From contig JAHHIK010000176.1 of NCBI GenBank assembly GCA_019358935.1, positions 1 to 10,615 on the forward strand: a stretch of DNA of 10,615 bases, given 5' to 3'. The translations under genes and the position numbers were made by a program. This document shows positions 1 to 8,297 of the stretch, piece after piece. How positions within the stretch are numbered: the first letter of the stretch is position 1; every line of letters starts with the position of its first letter. The notes under the pieces were generated by a model. It did not search any database. It was given only the letters and a program-made list of their open reading frames with translations, and was not told the origin of the DNA. This stretch comes from Tolypothrix carrinoi HA7290-LM1 (lineage in GTDB: Bacteria; Cyanobacteriota; Cyanobacteriia; Cyanobacteriales; Nostocaceae).

Positions 1-357
1 TACCTGAATACTGGTAACAACGGCATCGGCACGTTGGCGCTACGCACCAACGCCACTTTGTTGTACGCGATCGCATGAATTGAGTGATCACAAGCCGTAT
101 CAATCGATAACCCGCAACTTGGGTTAAATAATTACGATGATTTTTGCGGATTGTACGCAAACTACGAGGACTTTTGCTTACACCAAGCAGATGCGATCGC
201 TTTTATTTAATCTTTACATAATCTTAGTTAATTCTAAGCTAAACTTTGTTTAACCTAAATTTTAACCGTGTCACAAAAGCATCTTCCCTAGTAAATTTAC
301 TGAGTTATTTATTAATTTCATACCATAAACCCCTTAAAAAAGGCAGGTATTGCAATA

Positions 358-1422
358 ATGATGACAAATTTGGAAATAAGTAAGCGCAAGCAAAAGTACT
401 TGGGAGAGTGTTTAATTGAAGCAGGTTTGATAACGCCATCTCAATTAGAAACGGCACTTAAAGAACAAAATTCGTCTGGCAGACATTTGCAAGAAATTCT
501 TACAAAACATGGCTGGCTCGAACAGCAAACTATTGAGTATTTTCTGGAAAAGATAGTTTTACCAGAACAACTAACAGCGAATAAAAAACAGCTTGATCAA
601 AATAAAAATTCCATAGAGCAAATTAGTCATGCAGAATGGGGAGGCTCTGATTCAGCACAGCCTTTAACTGTATCGTTGCGTAAGTTCGCGATCAATCTCT
701 CTCCCAAAAACACGTTGCGAGTTTTGTTTTTGGTGATACTCAGTCTTTGCCTCGTCAGTCTTGCCGGACAGTTCAGCGTGTACTTTCTGCCTAAGTTCCC
801 GTTGAGAGGTTTCTTAGCAGCAATATTCTACATTGACTTTGAACAAAATATTCCTGCGGTGTACTCTGCGTCTGCTTTACTATTTTGTTCTGTTCTTTTG
901 TTGATAATCGCCCATGCCAAGAAAGTAGCTGGTGAACTTTTTGTCCGCCACTGGACAGCCTTATCAATTATCTTTCTGTATCTTTCCGGCGACGAATTCA
1001 TGAGCCTTCATGAAAGGCTGATCGATCCGTTGCGAAAAACACTTAATACCAGTGGCTTTCTTTATTTCGCTTGGGTTATACCTGGTGCTATCTTGGTACT
1101 GATTTGCCTGTTAGCGTTTTTAAGTTTTCTCGCTGCTCTTCCCGCAAAGACACGTTATCTATTTCTGATTGCTGGGACAATCTTCGTATTTGGTGCAATT
1201 GGCACAGAATTAGTTGGTGGGTACTATGCAGAATTACACGGACAGCAAAACATAATTTATGTCATAATAACGACGATTGAAGAGTTTCTAGAGATGCTCG
1301 GCATTGCTGTCTTTATTTATGCTTTGCTCTCGTACATTAGTACATACATGAAAGGCATGGCTTTGCGAATCAATATTATTAATGACAACAAGCAACGCCA
1401 AAATGCTGAATTACTTACTTAA
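358..1422 (+). CDS. Multi-pass membrane protein with an N-terminal MshEN-like (T2SSE-N / PilB-N type) domain
   Basis: 354-aa ORF. The N-terminal YLGECLIEAGLITPSQLETALKEQ matches the MshEN pattern (R)LGxxLxxxGLIxxxxLxxxLxxQ and is followed by a degenerate second copy (RHLQEILTKHGWL). The C-terminal two-thirds has about six hydrophobic segments with charged motifs DEFMSLHE and EEFLE. Confidence 0.75.
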   Translation: MMTNLEISKRKQKYLGECLIEAGLITPSQLETALKEQNSSGRHLQEILTKHGWLEQQTIEYFLEKIVLPEQLTANKKQLDQNKNSIEQISHAEWGGSDSAQPLTVSLRKFAINLSPKNTLRVLFLVILSLCLVSLAGQFSVYFLPKFPLRGFLAAIFYIDFEQNIPAVYSASALLFCSVLLLIIAHAKKVAGELFVRHWTALSIIFLYLSGDEFMSLHERLIDPLRKTLNTSGFLYFAWVIPGAILVLICLLAFLSFLAALPAKTRYLFLIAGTIFVFGAIGTELVGGYYAELHGQQNIIYVIITTIEEFLEMLGIAVFIYALLSYISTYMKGMALRINIINDNKQRQNAELLT

Positions 1423-1560
1423 AAAATATAACGGGTGCGTCTTCATCGGGGTGACTGATGTAAAGTTATCTGACTGCACTGCCGTTTTTGCCCTACTCCT
1501 TGTCCACAATAAAATAACAGGCGTGCATTTGCGATGAAGGTGGCTTGGATGAGGGCAAGT

Positions 1561-1599
1561 GCGATGTGTTCGCGCGACAAGCTGCTAACGCATCTACGC
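1561..1599. repeat. Small dispersed repeat (SDR5-like) apparently inserted into a HIP1 site
   Basis: GCGAT-gtgttcgcgcgacaagctgctaacgcatct-ACGC begins and ends with HIP1-like halves and contains the stem GATGTGTT/AACGCATC. It resembles the HIP1-inserting small repeats of Nostocales. Confidence 0.5.
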
Positions 1600-1699
1600 C
1601 TTAACATAAGCATATTTTCTTTGTCACTGTGTATGAAAGCTTCGTTACTGTAGTTTAATAGAAAACGCTTGTGTTGTTTGTCGGTGTTGGGTAACGTAT

Positions 1700-4333
1700 A
1701 TGTCTTTTGTCCCTTTGCACATTCACAGTGATTACAGTTTGCTTGATGGCGCCAGTCAGTTACCGGAGTTGATCGATCAAGCACTTGCCCTCGGTATGAA
1801 AGCGATCGCCCTCACGGATCATGGTGTGATGTATGGTGCGATCGAACTAATCAAAATTTGCCGCAGTCGAAATATTAAGCCAATTATTGGCAACGAAATG
1901 TACATAATTAACGGCGATATCGAAAAACAAGAACGCCGTGCCCGTTATCATCAAGTTGTTTTAGCCAAAAATACAAAAGGTTACAAAAATTTAGTTAAAT
2001 TAACTACAATTTCTCACCTCAAAGGTGTACAAGGTAAAGGTATATTTTCTCGTCCTTGCATTAACAAAGACTTACTAAAACAATATCATGAAGGCTTAAT
2101 AGTTACTAGTGCTTGTTTGGGTGGAGAAATACCCCAAGCAATTCTCAGCAATCGACCCGATGCAGCGCGTAAAATCGCTCAATGGTATAAAGAAGTATTT
2201 GGCGATGATTTTTATTTAGAAATTCAAGACCACGGTTCCCAAGAAGACAGAATTGTTAACGTTGAAATTATCAGAATTGCCAAGGAACTAGGAATTAAAT
2301 TTATAGCCACCAATGATTCCCATTATATTTCCTGTTTCGACGTAGAAGCACACGACGCTTTGCTATGTATTCAAACTGGCAAGCTGATTAGTGAAGATAA
2401 ACGGATGCGTTATAGCGGCACAGAATATCTGAAATCTGCTGAAGAAATGAGTCAGCTATTTCGCGACCATTTACCAGATGACGTCATTGCCGAAGCTATA
2501 AACACTACCGAAGAAGTTGCAGATAAAGTTGAGCCTTACCACAATATTATGGGTGAGCCTCGCATTCCCAATTATCCCATACCATCCGGTCACACTGCCG
2601 ACACATACGTTGAAGAAGTTGCTTGGCAAGGACTTTTAGAACGATTAAATCGTAAATCTATCAACGAAGTTGATGCAGAATATAAAGAAAGATTAGAATA
2701 TGAACTAAAAATGCTGCAAAAAATGGGTTTTTCCACATACTTTTTAGTTGTGTGGGACTACATCAAATTTGCTAGAGATAATAAGATTCCCGTCGGTCCA
2801 GGTCGAGGTTCAGCCGCAGGTTCTTTGGTAGCTTATGCAATGCGAATTACTAACATTGACCCCGTACATCACGGTTTATTATTCGAGCGATTTTTGAACC
2901 CAGAACGCAAATCAATGCCGGATATTGATACAGATTTCTGCATTGAACAACGCGATAAAGTTATTGAATACGTAACCAAAAAATACGGCACGGAAAGAGT
3001 AGCCCAAATTATCACCTTTAACCGACTTACTTCTAAAGCTGTGTTGAAAGATGTCGCCAGAGTGTTAAATATTCCTTATGGTGAATCAGACAGAATGGCA
3101 AAGTTAATTCCTGTAGTGCGGGGTAAACCTACAAAACTCAAAGTGATGATTTCTGATGCAACCCCAGAACCAGATTTTAAAGCCAAATATGATAATGAAC
3201 CGCACGTTCGTCATTGGGTTGATATGGCGATGCGAATTGAAGGAACTAACAAAACTTTCGGTGTTCATGCTGCTGGGGTGGTAATTTCTGCCGATCCTCT
3301 CGATGAAATTGTGCCGCTACAAAAGAATAATGACGGTTCTGTGATTACCCAGTATTTCATGGAAGACTTGGAATCTATGGGTTTGTTAAAGATGGATTTT
3401 CTGGGTTTGCGAAACCTGACGCTAATCGAGAAAACCGTTGATTTAATTAAGCAAACTCGTGGATATGATATTGATACAGATGAAATCACCCGTCAAGAAA
3501 GAAGAGCGCAGCAAATATTAGCAAAAGGTGAACATAGCGTTTTACCAAATGAAGTAAAAAAGGCTTATGAACTTTTAGAAGCTGGGGAATTAGAGGGTAT
3601 TTTTCAATTAGAATCTTCGGGAATGCGTCAGATAGTGCGCGATTTGAAGCCTTCCAACATAGAAGATATTTCCTCTATTTTGGCACTTTATCGACCGGGA
3701 CCATTAGATGCAGGATTGATTCCTGATTTTATTAACCGCAAGCACGGACGAGAGGAAATTAAATACGGTAACTCTATTTTAGAACCCATATTGAATGAAA
3801 CCTATGGAATTATGGTTTATCAAGAGCAAATTATGAAAATTGCTCAAGATATGGGTGGATATACTTTAGGACAAGCTGATTTAATGCGCCGTGCAATGGG
3901 TAAAAAGAAAGTTGCGGAAATGGAAAAGCAACGAGAAAAATTCATTGATGGCTCGGCAAAAAATGGAGTAAACAAACAAGTCGCTGAAAAATTATTCAAC
4001 GACATGTTAAAGTTTGCGGAATATTGCTTAAGCTATGAGACAAAAGTGTTGACGGTAGAATATGGTTTTTTACCGATTGGGGAAATTGTCGAGAAAAGCA
4101 TTGAATGCAGTGTGTATAGTGTTGATAGTAATGGGAATATTTACACTCAAGTAATTGCTCAATGGCACAATCGCGGTCAGCAAGAAGTTTTTGAGTATTG
4201 CTTAGAAGATGGTTCGATTATTCAAGCAACAAAAGACCATAAATTTATGACTGTTGATGGTCAAATGTTGCCGATTAATGAAATATTTGAACGCGGATTG
4301 GATTTGATGCAAGTTCAAGGTTTGCCAGAATAA
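1700..4333 (+). CDS. dnaE: DNA polymerase III alpha subunit, N-terminal part of the split dnaE, fused to the N-intein
   Basis: PHP motifs [11 protein letters not shown] and [14 protein letters not shown] and catalytic MPDIDTDF are present. The extein ends at KFAEY and is followed by CLSYET... and a stop. The C-terminal DnaE part is absent from the window. Confidence 0.98.
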   Translation: MSFVPLHIHSDYSLLDGASQLPELIDQALALGMKAIALTDHGVMYGAIELIKICRSRNIKPIIGNEMYIINGDIEKQERRARYHQVVLAKNTKGYKNLVKLTTISHLKGVQGKGIFSRPCINKDLLKQYHEGLIVTSACLGGEIPQAILSNRPDAARKIAQWYKEVFGDDFYLEIQDHGSQEDRIVNVEIIRIAKELGIKFIATNDSHYISCFDVEAHDALLCIQTGKLISEDKRMRYSGTEYLKSAEEMSQLFRDHLPDDVIAEAINTTEEVADKVEPYHNIMGEPRIPNYPIPSGHTADTYVEEVAWQGLLERLNRKSINEVDAEYKERLEYELKMLQKMGFSTYFLVVWDYIKFARDNKIPVGPGRGSAAGSLVAYAMRITNIDPVHHGLLFERFLNPERKSMPDIDTDFCIEQRDKVIEYVTKKYGTERVAQIITFNRLTSKAVLKDVARVLNIPYGESDRMAKLIPVVRGKPTKLKVMISDATPEPDFKAKYDNEPHVRHWVDMAMRIEGTNKTFGVHAAGVVISADPLDEIVPLQKNNDGSVITQYFMEDLESMGLLKMDFLGLRNLTLIEKTVDLIKQTRGYDIDTDEITRQERRAQQILAKGEHSVLPNEVKKAYELLEAGELEGIFQLESSGMRQIVRDLKPSNIEDISSILALYRPGPLDAGLIPDFINRKHGREEIKYGNSILEPILNETYGIMVYQEQIMKIAQDMGGYTLGQADLMRRAMGKKKVAEMEKQREKFIDGSAKNGVNKQVAEKLFNDMLKFAEYCLSYETKVLTVEYGFLPIGEIVEKSIECSVYSVDSNGNIYTQVIAQWHNRGQQEVFEYCLEDGSIIQATKDHKFMTVDGQMLPINEIFERGLDLMQVQGLPE
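4025..4330 (+). other. DnaE split intein, N-fragment (102 aa)
   Basis: Begins with Cys (TGC 4025-4027) after AEY and contains the block B motif ATKDHKF. Length and sequence closely resemble the Npu DnaE N-intein. Confidence 0.97.
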
Positions 4334-4334
4334 A

Positions 4335-4485
4335 TATAGCGGTTCTCGCTTGGGTGCAGTACAGTTTTGACCTCTCTCCAAACCTCTCTCCTACAAGGAG
4401 AGAGGCTTTGAGTCTTACTCCCCTTCCCTTGTAGGGAAGGGGTTGGGGGTTAGGTCTGTATTGGACTCAACTGCAAACCGCTATA
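4335..4485. mobile_element. 151-bp MITE-like element with terminal inverted repeats and two internal hairpins
   Basis: The ends TATAGCGGTT (4335-4344) and AACCGCTATA (4476-4485) are perfect inverted repeats, extending to 23/30 matches (4335-4364 vs 4456-4485). TA is present at both ends. Internal 10-bp stems lie at 4383-4405 and 4420-4442. Confidence 0.8.
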
Positions 4486-4490
4486 GTTAC

Positions 4491-4522
4491 GGTCGGGATG
4501 GGATTTCCCCCCCATCCGCACC
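4491..4522. terminator. GC-rich hairpin (terminator or REP-like) between convergent genes
   Basis: GGTCGGGATGGG...CCCATCCGCACC pairs at 10 of 12 positions. It lies between the dnaE-N stop and the stop of the minus-strand ORF at 4536. Confidence 0.45.
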
Positions 4523-4535
4523 AAGCGTCCAAAAG

Positions 4536-5528
4536 CTAATTTAGAGGGTTATAGTCTGAAAGTAGATCATCTAAAAGCTTACATTCGTAACGAGTTAAAT
4601 ATGAAGCAGATGCTTTGAATTCCTGTAATTTATGGTAAATAAAATCATGTTCAAACGCTTCTATGCGTTCTTTTAGTTCTTCATATAGTTCCTGAAAAGT
4701 GAACTCAGTTGCTAAAGCTAAGGCAATTTGTTCTCTGTCTTTACCAAGTGACTGACCGTTGAATTGATAATTACCTTGAGAATTTTGAGATATTAACTTA
4801 AGAGCGATCGCGCTTAGTAAACTTTGATAAGCCAGCTTCAATTCTTTACTTGAGCCAATTTCCTCTGGTATCAAATCGGGAATTTCCTCTTGCTCTATTT
4901 GTTCGCTCTGACTGCGTTCATAGCAGTCTCGATAAAACTCGATTTGACTGAGAAAATAAGCCGGAAAGCCTAACGAACGAGTCAAAACACACAACCGTTG
5001 CTCGTCTTCAACTACCAAAGCTGTTAAAGTACGGTATGAGCGACTGTAATATCCAAATATTTCTTCTTTATCTTTTGCTGCTACCCAGAGAGTAAGCTCA
5101 CGTTGCGAAGTTGGGTTTAAATTAGCATCACGATGGCGGTAGCCACTCCCTCCGGGAGTATCGCGTATATCAGTGCTGTACTTGAGCCAAACGATGCCTA
5201 AGTAAGTCAAAATTGTTACCGCAGTTCCCAGCAGGTAATGAACTAAGTTACCCCAAATTTTTTGTAAGAACAGCCACAGCGTTGATTGACTGAAAATTGC
5301 GGTCAGAATCACCAAGCCGAATAAAGCCGCAGTAACAAGTATAGGATAAATGATTAAATACTGAGCGCGAAAACGGTTTTCTTCTGCTCTCAGTTCATTT
5401 AGTTTATCGGTGGCTGTTTCGAGTTGATTTTCAATCGCAGTTAGGTGGTTCTGAGCGACAACGATCGCTTCCTTCATTTTTTCACGAGCGCGAGCGATCG
5501 CAACTAAAGGCGTCTGAATATAGCCCAA
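4536..5528 (-). pseudogene. Probable C-terminal fragment of a large membrane-anchored protein, possibly the tubulin/FtsZ-like partner of the vWA gene
   Basis: 330-codon frame with only a TTG start next to AT-rich, foreign-looking DNA. It encodes a coiled coil, two hydrophobic helices and a soluble tail (RLCVLTRSLGFPAYFLSQIEFYRDCYE). No tubulin signature is visible, so the family call rests on gene context and recalled similarity. Confidence 0.45.
5130..5164. repeat. SDR5-like in-frame insertion in a near-HIP1 site
   Basis: ACGAT-ggcggtagccactccctccgggagt-ATCGC is 35 nt, i.e. the octamer plus 27 nt (9 codons). It contains the stem ACTCCC/GGGAGT and encodes the out-of-place peptide TPGGSGYRH. 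Confidence 0.55.
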
Positions 5529-5554
5529 CTTTAAGTATTAGTTATAACAAAGTT

Positions 5555-5728
5555 TTAAAATAGGCTTTTGGTATTTCCTTTCAACCTTAATTGTTTTGAG
5601 ATATACCCACCGTTTGTATAAGTATAATTAGGCGGTGTCGAATCAATTTCTATTATTAAATTTAATGCCTCTTGATAACCTTCCATATCCCCTTTTTCTA
5701 GAGAAAAGTTTGCAAACTTCTGCGTCAT
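5555..5728 (-). other. 57-codon frame in an AT-rich patch, likely the 3' end of an unrelated gene
   Basis: MTQKFANFSLEKGDMEGYQEALNLIIEIDSTPPNYTYTNGGYISKQLRLKGNTKSLF* starts where the vWA protein loses its character, in a different frame. It is not in the supplied ORF track. Confidence 0.35.
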
Positions 5729-6338
5729 TTAGTTGCTTTTCGTGTTCTTTTAGTCCTAAAGAGACAAAAAATATATAAGGTTTGCATTGTTGCTGGCGTA
5801 AAAATTCGGTATTACTAGGAATAGGAACTGGATTATGAATACCGCGCACATCTTCTACTCCGTCTGTCAAAAACACTATGCTGACAGTGCGACCAAGAGC
5901 ATCAGTACGTTGATTTAACAAAGCGGAATGTTGCAGTGCCATTTGCACCGCTTTACCTGTATGAGTACGCACACCCTGAGCCTGGAGTGAGCTAATTATT
6001 TGCTTGAGTTTACCTCGGTCGGGATTGCTTGTAATAGCTATGTCATTGGCATTTAGGGTTACATCTTTGTCAAAGCTATAAATAGTAACTGTATCGCCTA
6101 ATCTAGCTGTGTTAACAAAGTCTGTAATAGAGCTTTTTACTTGGTCAAAAATGTTTTGTGTTCCCCCTGCACCACGCATTGAAGCAGAAGTATCTACTAC
6201 CAAAATCCAATCAATTCCCCCTTTTGGGCTAGTCTGAGCGAATGCAGTAGATAGGTGCGAAATCGACATTAAAACCAAAATAAAAATGCTTGGAATTGAG
6301 GTAAATCTCAACCAATGCTTGAAGTATCTAAAACTCAT
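5643..6338 (-). pseudogene. von Willebrand factor A domain protein with signal/anchor sequence, probably C-terminally truncated
   Basis: MIDAS elements are present: ILVVDTSASM (DxSxS), THTG and IVFLTDG. The likely start is ATG 6338 (GGAG upstream, ATGA overlap with the previous ORF) rather than 6431. A hydrophobic N-terminus ends in AFA-Q. The tail after EKQLND looks like out-of-frame read-through. Confidence 0.75.
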
Positions 6339-6499
6339 TGATAGATTTCTCCAGTCCTTTGGTGTTCTAACTCGGTCTTCTTCAACCCAGTAGCTATTGA
6401 GTTCAGATGTAATGCGCGTAAGTCTGCCCATCCCTCTACTTCTGGTTGCAGTATTGGAATCAACAAGCCTACAGTACTGACTTGACGCTTTGATACCAT
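6335..6499 (-). CDS. Small hypothetical protein (54 aa) translationally coupled to the vWA gene
   Basis: MVSKRQVSTVGLLIPILQPEVEGWADLRALHLNSIATGLKKTELEHQRTGEIYQ*. Its TGA overlaps the vWA ATG (ATGA). The same frame extends to ATG 6559 across a single TAA at 6539-6541. Confidence 0.4.
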   Translation of the reverse strand: MVSKRQVSTVGLLIPILQPEVEGWADLRALHLNSIATGLKKTELEHQRTGEIYQ

Positions 6500-6589
6500 C
6501 TTATTACTCTCAAAGAAATTGTTTTTTTCAAGTTGCCATTACCATGCATAAATCGACATCAAAGCCAATGCAATATGCAATTGGCAAAA

Positions 6590-6621
6590 GCTAAGTATCA
6601 AGTAGCTTGGTGATACTTAGC
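6590..6621 (-). terminator. Terminator-like inverted repeat overlapping the XRE stop codon
   Basis: Perfect 11-bp stem GCTAAGTATCA / TGATACTTAGC with a 10-nt loop, followed by TTTT on the minus strand. Confidence 0.5.
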
Positions 6622-6846
6622 CAAGATTCGTTGACCTTTTTCGCCAAGTTTTTCTACCAAAACTTCAATCTGTTGCACAGCAAGTTTTGAAGGCTTATTA
6701 TGTCCATTCTCCCAACGATTAACGGTTGGAAGAGTAACGCCAATAATTATTGCTAACTCTTCTTGTGTCAATCCCATTACAAGCCGGATTTCGTAGATAA
6801 ATTGACCGATTTATGGCTGGTTAATTATTTGTTTATGAATTGACAT
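6598..6846 (-). pseudogene. XRE-family helix-turn-helix regulator with an internal nonsense codon
   Basis: MSIHKQIINQP*IGQFIYEIRLVMGLTQEELAIIIGVTLPTVNRWENGHNKPSKLAVQQIEVLVEKLGEKGQRILAKYHQAT* has the classic GLTQEELA...TVNRWENG..KPS signature. TAA is at codon 12 (6811-6813). The ORF track misses it. Confidence 0.85.
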
Positions 6847-7195
6847 TCAAATTGATATCACATTAATTGGATGCTTTTAACAAGTGATTTATCAAGTTAT
6901 ATATTAACTACTATCTGGGGAAATGTCACGTTTTTTACTTGAACAGTAAATCTACTGAAGATAAAAAGTTTAGCTATTTATTAAATGAGTATAAATATGT
7001 AAAATAATTAATATAATTGCAATAATAATTTGATATTTACGTTTAATTAGCCTTGACAGTGCTACCGAGAAATTGTTAACGCTTGTAGCTAGTCAGGAAG
7101 TTATATTTTCCGAAATATAATGATTTTTCAAACATTTTTTCAGGGCAAGATTCGCCATGCACAACGACAACAAAGTATGTATACAAGCGCTAATT

Positions 7196-7358
7196 ACTAC
7201 AACTAAAATTATTAATTAAATTGATGATCCCGCCGGACATGGCGTGTGGCAACAAGATTTTGGCGATCGCATCAGGAGCAATTCCCAAGCGTTACACACA
7301 ATTCGGTAATATATTATTACAAATCGAAATCGTTGGGCAGTCATACCCACACAACCCC
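7196..7358 (+). pseudogene. Degenerate C-terminal relic of a REP-associated tyrosine (Y1/HUH) transposase (RAYT)
   Basis: TTTKIIN*IDDPAGHGVWQQDFGDRIRSNSQALHTIR*YIITNRNRWA, then frameshifted PHNP. This parallels the RAYT C-terminal pattern TKxINQIR..VWQRNYYEHIIRN..L..IRQYIxxNP..W..DxxNP. Stops are at 7217-7219 and 7307-7309. Confidence 0.6.
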
Positions 7359-7483
7359 CGTAGCGGTGCCCTAATATCTATATCCCCGACCTAAAAAGCC
7401 AACATCAATATTGCGATCGCTTTCTTCTGTCTCCAGCGATACTGAGTTAAGATGAATTTTTTGCTCTATAGGGAGTGTTGAAC

Positions 7484-8254
7484 ATGCGTATATTTTTCAA
7501 TTGGTCTACAAATTTACTTAACTATCTACGTAGCTTGGCAATAATAAGCTTGCTATGTCTGATTTTAAGCTGGTCACTTCCCGCACAAGCTGCCAGCCGC
7601 ATCAGTCCCCTACTCGAACGGCAAGTTATACAAATCATCCGCGAACATCCAGAGGTACTTATAGAATCTGTCCAAGCATACCAGCAGCAACAGCAACAGC
7701 AAATACGACAATCACAGCAGGCATTTTTGCAAGATTTACAAGTCAATCCCCAATCGGTGATTGGCAATTCTCCTGTTACTGGTTCACCTAATTCAAAGAT
7801 TGTCTTAGTGGAATTTTCCGACTTTGAGTGTCCTTATTGTGCTGAGGCTAACAAAACTCTGAAACAGTTTATGGAAAAGCATCAAGATGAAGTGACATTA
7901 GTTTACAAGCATTTCCCCCTGATACAAATTCACAATCAAGCAGTGCCAGCCGCAAAAGCTGCTTGGGCAGCTTTTCAGCAGGGCAAATTCTGGGAATATA
8001 GTGATGCGCTATTTTCTAATCAAAAACAACTTGATGAGGCAAAGTATTTGGATATTGCCACAAATCTCAAGTTGGATTTAGACAAGTTTAAAAGCGATCG
8101 CGCTCTTGCCGATAATGCAATTGTTAAAGATATGCAGCTAGCGCAAAAATTGGGGCTGACTGGTACACCTTTCTTTGTCATGAATGGTGTAACTTTCTCT
8201 GGTGCTGTGCAGCTATCAGACATGGAAAAAGTATTGGCTCGTGCTACTCGGTAA
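7484..8254 (+). CDS. DsbA-family thioredoxin-fold thiol:disulfide oxidoreductase, exported or membrane-anchored
   Basis: EFSDFECPYC active site, YKHFPL and the GTP cis-proline loop are present, with a hydrophobic N-terminal signal. ATG 7484 with GGGAG at 7471-7475 is preferred over GTG 7475. Confidence 0.92.
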   Translation: MRIFFNWSTNLLNYLRSLAIISLLCLILSWSLPAQAASRISPLLERQVIQIIREHPEVLIESVQAYQQQQQQQIRQSQQAFLQDLQVNPQSVIGNSPVTGSPNSKIVLVEFSDFECPYCAEANKTLKQFMEKHQDEVTLVYKHFPLIQIHNQAVPAAKAAWAAFQQGKFWEYSDALFSNQKQLDEAKYLDIATNLKLDLDKFKSDRALADNAIVKDMQLAQKLGLTGTPFFVMNGVTFSGAVQLSDMEKVLARATR

Positions 8255-8265
8255 TTATCTTTAAA

Positions 8266-8282
8266 GGCGGGGTATCCCCGCC
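8266..8282. terminator. GC hairpin after the DsbA gene (terminator or REP-like)
   Basis: GGCGGGG-TAT-CCCCGCC forms a 7-bp perfect stem starting 12 nt after the stop. Confidence 0.55.
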
Positions 8283-8297
8283 CTAAGCTATCATCGA

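Noticed and set aside
1..130. Possible gene end, gene start or small RNA at the left edge (stem CGTTGG/CCAACG at 32-52)
   Set aside because: Several short frames are open but none has recognisable motifs, and there is too little context.
1071..1280. 69-aa ORF
   Set aside because: Alternative frame inside the 358-1422 gene with no motifs.
1443..1784. 113-aa minus-strand ORF
   Set aside because: Overlaps the dnaE start antisense, runs through a repeat and has no recognisable domain.
3265..3489. 74-aa minus-strand ORF
   Set aside because: Antisense shadow of dnaE.
6339..6431. N-terminal extension of the vWA ORF as given in the track
   Set aside because: ATG 6338 has a ribosome-binding motif, ATGA coupling and puts the signal sequence at the N-terminus. 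The extension overlaps another small ORF.
7682..7702. Poly-Gln tract as a possible contingency repeat
   Set aside because: Mixed CAG/CAA codons in a helical linker, not a pure slippage tract.
7522..8223. ORFs 7522-7767 (poly-Cys), 7555-7791 and 8020-8223
   Set aside because: Shadows of the DsbA gene. The Cys run is the antisense reading of its Gln codons.
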